Notes under the pieces: model-generated
Seen by the model: the letters and a program-made list of their open reading frames with translations, nothing else
What the model was told of the DNA's origin: nothing
Database searches by the model: none
Shown: piece after piece, positions 26,095-57,292 of the stretch
How positions within the stretch are numbered: the first letter of the stretch is position 1
Layout of the letters: every line of letters starts with the position of its first letter
NCBI GenBank assembly: GCA_002269645.1
Contig: NIVC01000405.1
Coordinates: forward strand, 180,956-244,955
DNA length: 64,000 nucleotides
Source: Macrostomum lignano
Taxonomy: Eukaryota
Direction of reading: 5' to 3'
Made by a program: the position numbers and the translations under genes

Positions 26095-26787
26095 GCACTC
26101 AAAACTGAAAAATAATTTGGAGTTGAAGTGAAAATCAAAAATAACAAAAGAAATCTACATTTCTGTGCAATTTCTGCAAGATTCATGCATCCAGCTCGGA
26201 GTTATTGACCTCTAGTTTGAAATGGACGTTTAAATGCATACATTTTAGTGCATTTACAGTATGAAACCAAAAGTTTGAAAATCTGGGCTGCACTCAAAAC
26301 TGAAAACTAATTTTGAGTTGAAGTAAAAATCAAAAATAACAAAAGAAATCTACATTTCTGTGCAATTTCTGCAAGATTCATGCATCCAGCTCGGAGTTAT
26401 TGACCTCTAGTTTGAAATGGACGTTTAAATGCATACATTTTAGTGCATTTACAGTATGAAACCAAAAGTTTAAAAATCTGGGCTGCACTCAAAACTGAAA
26501 GCTAATTTGGAGTTGAAGTAAAAATCAAAAATAACAAAAGAAATCTACATTTCTGTGCAATTTCTGCAAGATTCATGCATCTAGCTCGGAGTTGTTGACC
26601 TCTAGTTTGAAATGGACGTTTAAATGCATACATTTTAGTGCATTTACAGTATGAAATCAAAAGTTTGAAAATCTGGGCTGCACTCAAAACTGAAAACTAA
26701 TTTGGAGTTGAAGTGAAAATAAAAAATAACAAAAGAAATCTACATTTCTTTGCAATTTCTGCAAGATTCATGCATCCAGCTCGGAGT
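26095..26787 (+). repeat. 195-bp tandem repeat in the foldback left arm (~3.55 units)
   Basis: GCACTCAAAA recurs at 26095, 26290, 26485 and 26680. Confidence 0.95.
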
Positions 26788-27565
26788 GCGCTTCTTTCGG
26801 GGTGTCACCGGCCAGATTCAGCGCCACGCGCTTTGTGTAATCCGTCAGAGTCCGGACGGCCGTCCACACTGCGCGGCTCTTCTCGTCGGGTCCGGCTGCT
26901 GTAATGGTCCGGACGGCGTCGTCGACAGGGTCCTACTGCCGCTCGTCCAGGTGCTCAAACGCCGCGGCGCAGACGGTCAGACGACTAGGCTCGCACGCTG
27001 CCAGCGGTTTCACCTACCTTGGCGGTCTTGTGCCCCAGGTGGAGGAGGACCTCCGGTGGCGCAGAGGACTTGCCTGGGCGGCCTTCCGTTTGATCCGAAC
27101 CGTCCTCCAGTCGAAAGCGCTGCCCGACCGCCACAGGGCTCAGCTGTGGCAGGCGGTGGTCGAAACCGTACGTCCTGCTCTAAAACGCCGAGACGTGGAC
27201 GCTGACGGCTACGCTAGAGCGGCAGCTGCATGGACTCGGTGCACTCAGGGCTGCTCCATGTAGCCTTTTAAACTGACGAGAGCGCCGGGACCGAGGCCCT
27301 GTACAATCGGGCCAAGCTGCAGCGCCCGTCCACTATCCTGCGCCGACGGCGACTTCAACTGGCGGGCCACGTGATCCAACCGAGGGCTACTGACCCTAAC
27401 CTGTTAAGGATGTCCTGCTGCTCACCTTACAGGGCCGATTCAGGCGGGGTCAAGCCGGAACCGGAACCCGTCAAAAGTGGTGTGCGACGCTGGGGCGCCC
27501 AACACTATATCAACTGGCGCTGCGGCGCGCCATCTGTATTTTGTTGTAGTTGTAGTTGTTGTTAT
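26788..27565 (+). mobile_element. RTE-like non-LTR retrotransposon fragment: RT C-terminus and 3' tail, with an inverted 5' piece
   Basis: 26963-27537 translates, with frameshifts, to RCQRF-TYLGGLV..EEDLRWRRGLAWAAF..LWQAVVET..LY..ETWTL..RRRRLQLAGHVI, the RTE RT thumb signature. It is followed by a (TTG/TAG) microsatellite tail. 26788-26962 is an antisense GC-rich coding-like piece. Confidence 0.8.
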
Positions 27566-27786
27566 TATTTTAGTGCATTTATGCAGTATTTGGGGTATTG
27601 GGTATTCGATTTTAATCCAATGCATCCTGCAGAATCACCTGGGGAGCTCCTTCTGTCCCGACATCGATCATGCTCCAGCTCCATACTCCATGCACGGTGT
27701 CACTCTGAAAGGTCTTGGACGCTCTCCAGTCAAACACGTCGCGACTGCAGATGCTTGGGCGGCTTTGCTTCATTCAAATGGGCCAA

Positions 27787-28140
27787 AAGACCGCCAAGGT
27801 AGGTGAACCGCTGGCAGCGTGCGAGCCTAGTCGTCTGACCGTCTGCGCCGCGGCACGTCACGGGTGACGCGGGCGCGTTCACCATGCTGGCAAAGAAGTC
27901 GAGCGACTGCGCAGAAAATCGAGCGACTCCGCAGAAACGGGCGGCCCACGGGCGACGCTGAAGACGCGTTTGAGCACCTGGACGAGCGGCAGTAGGACCC
28001 CGTCGACGACGCCGTCCGGACCATTACAGCAGCCGGCCCCGACGAGAAGAGCCGCGCAGTGTGGACGGCCGTCCGGACTCTGACGGATTACACAAAGCGC
28101 GTGGCGCTGAATCAGGCCGGTGACACCCCGAAAGAAGCGC
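27787..28140 (-). mobile_element. Inverted duplicate of the LINE fragment in the foldback right arm
   Basis: Near-identical reverse complement of 26788-27029, plus 113 bp (27853-27965) absent from the left copy. Confidence 0.9.
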
Positions 28141-28314
28141 ACTCCGAGCTGGATGCATGAATCTTGCAGAAATTGCACAGAAATGTAGATTTCTTTTGTT
28201 ATTTTTGATTTTCACTTCAACTCCAAATTAGCTTTCAGTTTTGAGTGCATCCCAGATTTTTAAACTTTTGGTTTCATACTGTAAATGCACTAAAATGTAT
28301 GCATTTAAACGTCC

Positions 28315-29184
28315 TGTAGTGCATGCGCCCTTGTCAGTTGGCAGGGCGCGTTGCACTTTGGGGCTGGTTGGGGGGGGGTTGGCGGGCGTGGCAGGGTTTG
28401 GCCGCCGGCCGGGCTTTGCGCGTGCCCCTCCCCAGCCGTGCCCCTGCCCCGTGCTCAGGGCTGGTTGGCTGCGGCCGGGCCAGCTTTGGCGCGGGTGCTG
28501 CCCCTCCCCCCTTAGGCGGGGTTTTGATTGGCTGGGCCGGCGTGGTTTGTTTTGGTGAGCTTAGCCGGTGGGGCCGTCTGCCCCAGGGTTTGGGTGCTAT
28601 TTATGGTGCGACTCTGGCTCTTGCCCACCACCTGCGTGCTTTTTGTGTTTTGGTGTGCTCCGAGAGTGCAAGCGCGAGACCTGATAAAAGAAACAGCAAC
28701 ATTAGCTACTTCGATAAAAGAAAGACAATAGCCTAATTGAGAAGAGTCTTGGAGAATTAAGAAGAAGTCGGAAACTGCGCTTGAGACCTGCGAATAATAA
28801 ACGGTGAACAGTCATCTGGCCACTGGTAAGCCGCCTGCTGTTTGAGTCCTTTCTTTTCGGGAAGCTTGCTAGGCCGAATTCTTGCCAGAGCGTCATAACG
28901 CCGGGAGACCATATAGCTTCTGTAGTACGGTACCGTTTACCATATATTGCGTACGCCCTACGGTATAGAGAATAGAAGCACTCGAGAGTGTCACCACACC
29001 TCGAGCCGCAGCGTGAACTCTGAGTGTCACAACACCAGAGGGATCAAATTATTATCGCAGAGCGTCGCCACGCCTGCTCGTCGTATTCATAAAAGTACAG
29101 ACAGAGCGTCACAACGCCTGTTATATCACATATAATATATATTGTACTCGGGACTGGGCACCCAAGCCGACCCGGGTTACAACA
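28315..29184. mobile_element. Solo LTR (870 bp, TG..CA, 4-bp TSD, Ty3/Gypsy-like) inserted in the foldback right arm
   Basis: Begins TGTAGT and ends ACAACA. It is flanked by GTCC at 28311-28314 and 29185-29188, and interrupts the repeat unit ..TTTAAACGTCCATTTC.. exactly. Confidence 0.82.
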
Positions 29185-30100
29185 GTCCATTTCAAACTAG
29201 AGGTCAATAACTCCGAGTTGGATGCACAGATCTTGCAGAAATTGCACAGAAATGTAGATTTCTTTTGTTATTTTTGATTTTCACTTCAACTCCAAATTAG
29301 TTTTCAGTTTTGAGTGCAGCCCAGATTTTCAAACTTTTGGTTTCATACTGTAAATGCACTAAAATGTATGCATTTAAACGTCCATTTCAAACTAGAGGTC
29401 AATAACTCCGAGTTGGATGCACAGATCTTGCAGAAATTGCACAGAAATGTAGATTTCTTTTGTTATTTTTGATTTTCACTTCAACTCCAAATTAGTTTTC
29501 AGTTTTGAGTGCAGCCCAGATTTTCAAACTTTTGGTTTCATACTGTAAATGCACTAAAATGTATGCATTTAAACGTCCATTTCAAACTAGAGGTCAATAA
29601 CTCCGAGCTGGATGCATGAATCTTGCAGAAATTGCACAGAAATGTAGATTTCTTTTGTTATTTTTGATTTTTACTTCAACTCCAAATTAGTTTTCAGTTT
29701 TGAGTGCAGCCCAGATTTTCAAACTTTTGATTTCATACTGTAAATGCACTAAAATGTATGCATTTAAACGTCTATTTCAAACTAGAGGTCAATAACTCCG
29801 AGTTGGATGCACAGATCTTGCAGAAATTGCACAGAAATGTAGATTTCTTTTGTTATTTTTGATTTTCACTTCAACTCCAAATTAGTTTTCAGTTTTGAGT
29901 GCAGCCCAGATTTTCAAACTTTTGGTTTCATACTGTAAATGCACTAAAATGTATGCATTTAAACGTCCATTTCAAACTAGAGGTCAATAACTCCGAGCTG
30001 GATGCATGAATCTTGCAGAAATTGCACAGAAATGTAGATTTCTTTTGTTATTTTTGATTTTCACTTCAACTCCAAATTATTTTTCAGTTTTGAGTGCAGA
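29185..30100 (-). repeat. 195-bp tandem repeat in the foldback right arm (~5.55 units including 28141-28314)
   Basis: GAGTGCAG recurs at 29312, 29507, 29702, 29897 and 30092. Confidence 0.95.
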
Positions 30101-31361
30101 CCAGGTCTTCAAACATTTTAATAGAGTCTGTAAATGTACGGAAATTGTTGAATTTATATCGTCTATTTTAAACTGAAGATCAATAGCAACAAGTTGGATG
30201 AATGAATGTGACTGAAAAGTCACAAAAATGTAGAAAACAGTTGTTATTTTTTATTTTTATCATCTTATTATCCCAGTTTTAGACATACAGTTAGCTTTTG
30301 AAGGATTTGAAAATTTGTTTATCTTTTCACGAATTTGGAGTTGGAGTTGGAGTTGGAGTTCGAATGCGGGTCATAAGCCATAGTCGAATCTGCATCTTGT
30401 TAAATGGTTATTTTAAACTTTGGGCTAAAACGACAATTTAAATAAACAAATAAAGCAATAGTGTTAATGCTTTTTTGTATAAATATAAAGTAAGTCAATG
30501 CTTTTAAAGTCCTTTTAGTTTTAAATTCATTTGATATTTTTAAAACTCTTTTTAATAGATTTAAGACACAGCTTGGTTGTCGATCCACTTTTTAACTTCA
30601 AGCATCTATTTAGATTTTTTCTTAAGATACACTTTCGAATTGATTATTCACAGTAATGCAAGCAAAAAGCTCCATTTGGTTTATTGACCATTTGCTTTTT
30701 GTGAAACCGCATTTTTTAAACACACACCATCTATTTACTCGCAGTTGCTACAGTTCTATGTTCATATATTAAACACTAGGTCTGTACCTGTATATTCATA
30801 TCACATTATTACTCTGTAATCTATTTTTGTACTAAAGTTTTATGCGTTTCTGCGAAATTATCTTAGAAAATTCTAAAAAAATTATGTTTTTCAAGAGTTC
30901 TAACATTTACAAAGTTTAAAGCCAAAATAATTAACAGTTAGAACATGTATGCTTGTTTTTGGGCTACCTTTTAAGCTCTGAAAATATCGAATTTATGGCT
31001 TTTTATTGTACTTGTTTTGCTTAAGAATAACAAAATATAGTTTCTGGTAAAAATATTTGCTGGTAAAATTATGCATTTGCTTTTCTTATATTTGTTGTTG
31101 GTTTTTCTCGCAATGAGCAAGTGTATGACATGTTTTTACAGTAAAAATAGAATATACTCGTAGATAACTATGTAGTTTAGTTTGATGCTTTTTATCAAGC
31201 TACTTATCGTTTCTCATTATAAAAATATCTCAGTAATAAAAAATTCGGATTCATTAAAATCCTAACATAATGTACTGCATGCTGGTAAAAAACACCTTTA
31301 AAATCCACAGCAACAACGTAACCCCGTGCTACAAAAATTCTACCCAAGCGCAAATAAAACG

Positions 31362-50280
<18,919 letters not shown>

Positions 50281-50414
50281 CTTGACATTTGGCTCACTGC
50301 CTAGGGAATCCTGGCTGGCTTGGGGATTTTTTTTAGTTTTTTTGTTCTTTATAGACTTTCTTTATTTGTCTGTCTGATATAATGATAATTAATTTTGGAT
50401 TTTCCCTTTTGGAT

Positions 50415-50885
50415 TAATGGTAATTCTGAGTGAGAGGATTAATGATGCGGATTCTGAGTGAGAGGATTAATGATGGGGACTCTGAGTGAGAGGATTAATG
50501 ATGTGGATTGTGAAAGGATTAATGATGGGGATTCTGAGAGAGAGGATTAATGATGGGCATTCTGTGAGTGAGGGGATTAATGATGCGGATTCTGAGTAAG
50601 GGGATTAATGATGGGGATTGGAAGTGAGAGGATTAATGATGGGCATTCTGAGTGAGGGGATTAATGATGGGGATTGGAAGTGAGAGGATTAATGATGGGC
50701 ATTCTGAGTGAGGGGATTAATGATGGGGATTGGAAGTGAGAAGATTAATGATGGGCATTCTGAGTGAGGGGATTAATGATGGGGATTGTAATTGAGAGGA
50801 TTAATGATGCGGATTCTGAGTGAGGATTAATGATGGGGACTGTAATTGAGAGGATTAATGATGGGGATTCTAAGTGATGGGATTA
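50415..50885. repeat. ~28-bp minisatellite (GAGGATTAATGATGGGGATTCTGAGTGA)
   Basis: Seen directly. Confidence 0.9.
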
Positions 50886-51469
50886 GTAAAAATATTAAAT
50901 TAGTTAACATGATTCTTTAATTGTGTATACTGAAGTCTAAATGTACTCGTAAATATGTTCAACAAATTATTTTGTACATATTAAAATAGCCAGCGTTGCT
51001 TTGTAGTTGAGTAGTTAAAACAACTCTTAGAAGGCAAAAATGTTATTTCTTTATTGTTTCAACAAAGGCTCACCAACAGTAACAGCAGCAGCCATAGTAC
51101 TTTTGTCAGGCAAGTTGACCATGAAATTCTTTGGCCAGATTACATTATCTACATGATTGATTGGCTTTATTGTCTATGGCCAGGTTCCAGTTCTATGGCA
51201 ATGGGACTCTATACACACTCGTGACCTTGGCCATTGTTCAAAATGTCTATGGTAATTTACGCTAAGGCAATGACATTCAAGCAATGACCGGTCATTGTTT
51301 GAAATTGACAATAAAGCAATTTACGAGGATATCATTTTAGAAAACGAACGAGTCTATGAGCGTAAAATAAAATAGTCTATGGTTGTAACACCCCCATTCC
51401 CCCTTCCCACTCGGATCCTGATGAACAAATTGACCAATGAAGTTAGCTGGAGACATTGCAATCAATGAA

Positions 51470-51722
51470 GCTTTTGTCTATGGTAGCAAGCAGCATTTAA
51501 TCTGGTCCCTAATGGCTATAAAACCATGGATGAAGGAATAGAAGGAAGGAATTCCTTCATCCATGTATGAAACCCTATAATGAATTACAGCTGTGTAAAA
51601 TGCAATTTTATTTAAGCAAGTGTCACAATACAAGGTGATGTCAAAAAGAGCAATCTGCTCAAGTATAACAAACACAAAAAAGAACTTTAGCATGGTCAAG
51701 ACTTGCTACCATAGACAAAAGC
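51470..51722. mobile_element. MITE-like element with 21-bp perfect inverted repeats
   Basis: GCTTTTGTCTATGGTAGCAAG (51470-51490) and CTTGCTACCATAGACAAAAGC (51702-51722). No TSD seen. Confidence 0.55.
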
Positions 51723-52775
51723 GCCATTACTTTGGCAAACATATCTTGGATTAAGTTCAATGCGCGTAGGCCGAAATGGTCTGCAAAAAGCCATGCTATG
51801 TTTATCAAAGTCTCAGCCGCTGTGAGAGAGGCGTCTGCACTGAAAATTCCTCTAGTTTACCCTGTCGAGAGCATTGATCATTTAATACTATAGTCAATGC
51901 TTTTTTGGCCTCGAGGGGGGAGGGAGTTTAAGGTTATCAGGCCCCAGGTGAGGATATTGGATTGGAGTAGGAGCTTGCGGAGAATTAATCCCAACGCTTC
52001 CCCCAGATTTGAACTCGGCACCTTATCGGCTGGATAAAAGCTCATCACCCCGAGCTTCGTATTTGAAGAGAAAATCGAACTACTAGAGAGGAGGCTGGCC
52101 GCAAATTCTTAATTATCATCTTCCCTCGCAGGGACAAGAAACTGATCACTGTCGGAATAAGCAACTTTACCATAACAGTTTTCACACTATTGAGGCTTCC
52201 TTGTGGGGTGGCGATAGTTCAGGTGAGAGAGCCCCGGAGCTCAAAAATAACTGACTAGCAAAGCAAAAACGGAAGCAGATGAACGGGCAGGAAGATTGAT
52301 GGCGCAACCGAGTTCCGAATCAGAAATTCTCTGGCCGTGGATTGTCCGTGTTCTCCTCCATCAAAACAAGCGGGATCCCACTAGCTAGAGAGACAGGTTT
52401 TCCTTTTTTGCCCCGAATTTTGCTGTCTTCTTCTTCAAGCGAATTGCGTGCGTCCCCCCCCCCCAAGCAGCGGAGCGGAAACAGTGGAAACGGTTTCTGC
52501 TTCCGCAAGAGAAAAGCAGCGGAAACTGGGAGCTATGGACCCGTAATAAGCGAGCGCGTGATGCTGTTTCTACGCCTAAATGGACTTTTATTTTGAAAAT
52601 CTGCACCAGGTCATAACACTTACTGCCCTGTTTGTCCAGCTGCATGAATTCATGCTAATTACCTTTGCTTCTTTTTTTGATAATAAAACTTGTTTTCATT
52701 CGAATGTGCTTTGTCTGTTCGTTGGTACTTTTATTAAAATTTTGATGAACTCCTGGCCTTTCTTACAATGGAAGA

Positions 52776-52940
52776 ACGTAGTGACAACGTAGTGACAACG
52801 TAGTGACAACGTAGTGACAACGTAGTGACAACGTAGTGACAACGTAGTGACAACGTAGTGACAACGTAGTGACAACGTAGTGACAACGTAGTGACAACGT
52901 AGTGACAACGTAGTGACAACGTAGTGACAACGTAGGGACA
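52776..52940. repeat. 11-bp minisatellite (AACGTAGTGAC), ~15 copies
   Basis: Seen directly. Confidence 0.97.
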
Positions 52941-53545
52941 AGGAGTTTTCAATAAAGTACTCGTCACTCTTCGGCATTGTTGTCAGCAATGGCTCAAAAT
53001 TCAATTAAGTGAATGATAGCCCAACTTCCCTCACTGATGACTTTGCTGAGCCAGCCACCATACGTGACATCAAATTTCCTGTGACCGTGTCTACGAATTT
53101 ATCATTCTTCATCATCTCGGATGAGAGTAGCCAAACAGTTGCTGATGATGGTATTGATCAAGTGGCTTCAACCTGCAAGCCGCTGGGGTACACTGTCACG
53201 CGGCTCCTGTGGCAGGATGTATCTATCTTATATGGTAGAGTATTGTAGCGACTCCCAGATGCGTCATCAATTATGAATATGCTCAGCCAAGGAGCATAAG
53301 AGTTCGGATCGTGAGCAGAGCAGAACACATACTTTACGAGCTAGTGGGTGGATTGTTGCATTATTAATTCAGAAATATACGACCTAAGGGTATAATTATA
53401 TGTAAAACCGTCAACAGTCATATTGAAATTTATGCTATTGTTTGTTCGAAATAAATGAGTACAATGAAGTGCAACTTCGTTCAGTGCATAAGAAGCCAAA
53501 CCATGAAATAAGGCTTAGAGGAGATGGAAACGACTGAACAGCTGA

Positions 53546-53846
53546 TAATAATAATTAGCTCGTATTAATAGATTACACCTGCCCCAATTGGGCCAGATGT
53601 GCAACTGACAGCTCAGCCGCAGCTATTGCGCGGCGCATCTGAAGGCTGCGTACGGCTGGGGGTCGCCACACACAGCCTCAATTATCCCAGCTAATGCTGG
53701 CACCCATTTTACAGCTGGGTGAACTGAAGCAATGCAGAGTTAAGCGTCTTGCTCAAGGACACAAATCGTTCCGAGTGGGATCGGGAATCGAACCCCCGAC
53801 CTCCAAGTCGTGAGTTCGACGCTCTATGCCACTAGGCTGCAAACCC
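53546..53846 (-). mobile_element. tRNA-derived CORE-SINE
   Basis: The minus strand reads an A-box-like GCCTAGTGGCATAGAGCG and B-box GGTTCGATTCCC. These are followed by TCCTTGAGCAAGACGCTTAACTCTGCATTGCTTCAGTTCACCCAGCTGTAAAATGGG, close to the CORE consensus, and an (ATT)n tail. Confidence 0.8.
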
Positions 53847-54906
53847 GTGGGACAGCTGTGAGAAGGGGAAATCTCCAGCAGTGATGCAGTATGCGTGAGT
53901 GAGGCTGGTCTGGGAGGAGACCGCGGGTTGGCTGGCTTCTGAATCCGGCTTGCGTGCCCGTCAGTCATGACAGGCAGCCGGGGACACCAACCCTCGCAGC
54001 CCCCCCCCCCCCAACCCTGCTTTATCTGTCAGGCGCCGCACAGCCTCTGCTCATCATCACTTATACTTGCTTGGTCTTCTTTTTCGAAAAGCTTCAAATA
54101 TTCTGCTATTCGTAATTTTGATATTCGACTTTTTTTAAGCCGACAGAAAAGGGCTTCAACCTGCCATTACTACAGCAAGATCAGCAATATATTATTGGTT
54201 AAAGAAAATTATATAAAAGAATGCTGATTAACCGAAGAAACAGCTTCGATAGGTAAGAAGCGAGCTGGATGCTGAAAATTATCTATTCAAATATTCGTCT
54301 CAAAACCCGTCAGCAGGTGGGCTTCCAGTGGGTTGAAGAGGCTGCTAGGGCCCTTATTTTGTGTCATGAGGCTAAATTTTATTCCAATTTAAATTATTCC
54401 CAGCCATACATGTGCATGTTGCTGAACTCATTAACTAAATAGATAGGATGGCTCTCAACCTGGGTTGCGGAAAGGCCACGGAGGCTCTATTAGTTAGATT
54501 ATATCGCAGCTATTACACCCAGATGGGCAATCATTCCCTTCTCGATCATCCAGGGGCGTAAATAATTATTTTATTCAGCACGCTGGTTGATTGGGGCGGT
54601 TGAGCTGAGTTGCTGTTGGCGATGACAGGGGTGGGACTGACAGGTATGAGATAAAATAACTGCTATGGACAGCCAATGACTATAAAACAACTCAGCACTG
54701 CTCCGATTGCACCAAGAGTTTTATGATGGGAGGAGAGTCGGGCCTCACTGTTGGTGATTTTATTAGAGATGCGCCGTGCTGTACGAGCGCTTCACTTGGA
54801 TATTTTGCCGCCAATAAAACTGATGCTCGCAACTACCTGCACTAAGTGTTGCGCAGGTTAGATGCTGGAACTCAACTTTATTGCACCCTTTTAGAGTAGA
54901 TTGGAT

Positions 54907-55170
54907 AGTCAGTCAGTCAGTCAGTCAGTCAGTCAGTCAGTCAGTCAGTCAGTCAGTCAGTCAGTCAGTCAGTCAGTCAGTCAGTCAGTCAGTCAGTCAG
55001 TCAGTCAGTCAGTCAGTCAGTCAGTCAGTCAGTCAGTCAGTCAGTCAGTCAGTCAGTCAGTCAGTCAGTCAGTCAGTCAGTCAGTCAGTCAGTCAGTCAG
55101 TCAGTCAGTCAGTCAGTCAGTCAGTCAGTCAGTCAGTCAGTTAGTTAGTTAGTTAGTTAGTCAGTCAGTC

Positions 55171-55209
<39 letters not shown>

Positions 55210-55210
55210 C

Positions 55211-55268
<58 letters not shown>
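54907..55268 (+). repeat. (AGTC)n grading into (AGTT)n microsatellite
   Basis: Seen directly. Confidence 0.98.
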
Positions 55269-56982
55269 CTCACAAGCTCTCATAGCTAGACATTGCCTTT
55301 GTCATTCATCTATGCTAAGGCTTATCTGCTTGGCTGAAAGCGCAGCTGCAGCAAAATCGATATCACGCAGGTTACAATAGCCAAAAGTTACCTCCGATGC
55401 ATTAGAATCCGAGGGCGGTTTTGCTAACAAGCCGTGGCGAAGCGCAAACAAAAGGCGTCACAGCTGAGGACAATTTTAACTGTCCCTCAAGATCCGATAA
55501 ATCTATATGCTGTTTTTGCCTAATGCAGTATTAGAATCTGCCGATCAAGCTAGAATATGGGAAATGGAAAATGGCCCAAGTCCCCCCATAGCGGCCGTCG
55601 CCTATGGCAACGAGCTGATAGTGGAACTATACAATTCTAGAAAGAGAGAGCTGTTTGCTTCGGTACACTGAAAGTTGAGATTTACTGATTCTGTTGGAGA
55701 TTAGTTTAACCAAACTATGCTAGATTTCAGATCCTCATGCTAAGACTTTCTCCCCTATGCAGCATTCTCTAAATTCCTTTCATTTTCTTCCTCTGTTAGT
55801 CGCACTTGAGAACTTTGTGGAAACGAAGGAAGCTGCATCGCCCTTACCTGAATTGAAAGAGTTAATTGAAAATCGCTTTTCCATCCTCTAGAAAAGAGAG
55901 ATTTGATGTAGGAGAAAGGGAGAAGAGGCCAGTTTAGTGAAAGAGATTTTCTTCAAAAGAAAAATTGAAGCATGAAAGTCTGAAAGCTGCTGCCCAGGAG
56001 GTTGAGGAGTTAAGGGCAATGTGAATTGGCCTCTTGTGCACCTGATGGCGGGGCTATCAGATGCTGCTGGCGTACAACAGAATAGCGGGAATCTGCCCCC
56101 CCCCCCGCTCCCGGCTGCCCCAAGCACGCGCAGTTTCAGCTATGGGTTTGTCGTCATTTATTAATCCCCTAATTGACTGGCAGATTGCGCGGCCGACACA
56201 CAGGGCAATCAACACAATTCTGACAATGCAATATTGGACTAGTAGACGTTTATTTTATCGCTCGCCTAGCCAAGCCAGACCCCCCGTCCGGGTTTGTACT
56301 TTCATCGACTAAAAAAACCCGCAAGGCTAGTCGCTGAGTCTACAATAAAACTCGCAGAGAGGATGTGTGTGTGTGTGTGTGTGTTGGTCATGCAGCTTGA
56401 AAACTCCCGTGACCGTGACTTTCCGGAAGCTGGCAGTGAAGAATGAAAGAGAGGAGAGAGCTAGTAGATGGAGAAAGAGTTACCGAATGAAAACTGCAAA
56501 GCAAACTTCTTGCTTCCTCCCCCCACTAGTGTGTTTCTCTTCAACTGAGAGTAGCGTGTTTTCTCGATCCATTGTTCCCCGCAAACTCCGGGTCGAAAGT
56601 GGTAGCGGTTGGGATGCATCCGCTGTCAGTCGCTCCGTCCACAGCATGGGGCGTTGCGTGTTTTTTTTTTACTCAGGAAGACAATCTCGCAAGGAGAAAT
56701 CTCCACCAGTAAGTATCAAATTTGTCATTGCTGCGTCAGAAATATTTCAACTGGTATTGAAAGCATTCGCTCCGTGCTTTACTATTTGTTGTTCAGTAGC
56801 AAAATTATAATGTTCTTCGAATTTATGTTCGAAGAAATAAATCAAAGGCTTATTAAATTTTATGTCTTTAAAGCAGCAACAATCACCTCTGGCTTTAAAA
56901 AATCAGTTTAAAACTAAAGATTACAGGAAAACTTGAAGCAGCCCAGCCAGACCCATGGGCTTTCCTCTTGGCCGCTGGTGTC

Positions 56983-57292
56983 GACTTTGACCCTCTCTCC
57001 TTACTGCTCTCTCATTGGCTGAGCTGGATTGGGCCTGCCCCCTAGGCTGAGTTTCGTCCGTCTGACTTTGACCTCTCTCCTTACTGCTCTCTCATTGGCT
57101 GAGCTAGATTGGGCCTGCCCCCTAGGCTGAGTTTCGTCTGTCTGACTTTTCCCTCTCTCCTTACTGCTCTCATTGGCTGAGCTAGATTAGGCCTGCCCCC
57201 TAGGCTGAGTTTCGTCCGTCTGACTTTGACCTCTCTCCTCACTGCTCTCTCATTGGCTGAGCTAGATTGGGCCTGCCCCCCCTAGGCTGAGC
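56983..57292. repeat. ~80-bp tandem repeat, 4 copies, each with CTCATTGGCTG
   Basis: Unit starts at 56983, 57064, 57144 and 57222. Confidence 0.9.

Larger units (their letters stand above)
25818..30374. mobile_element. Non-autonomous foldback (MULE/FB-like) element, 4557 bp, 9-bp TSD
   Basis: TSD AAGCCATAG at 25809-25817 and 30375-30383. Termini ATGACCCGCATTCGAACTCCAACTCC.. and its reverse complement. Left arm 25818-27029, right arm 27787-30374, spacer 27030-27786. No transposase ORF. Confidence 0.92.

Noticed and set aside
53770-53846. tRNA gene
   Set aside because: There is no complete cloverleaf, and it runs directly into a CORE domain, so it is a SINE head.
55597-55611. RFX X-box GTCGCC-TAT-GGCAAC, and GTTGCCGGCAAC at 332-343
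   Set aside because: A motif this degenerate is expected about once per 64 kb by chance. One copy is in coding sequence and the other is not near a known TSS.
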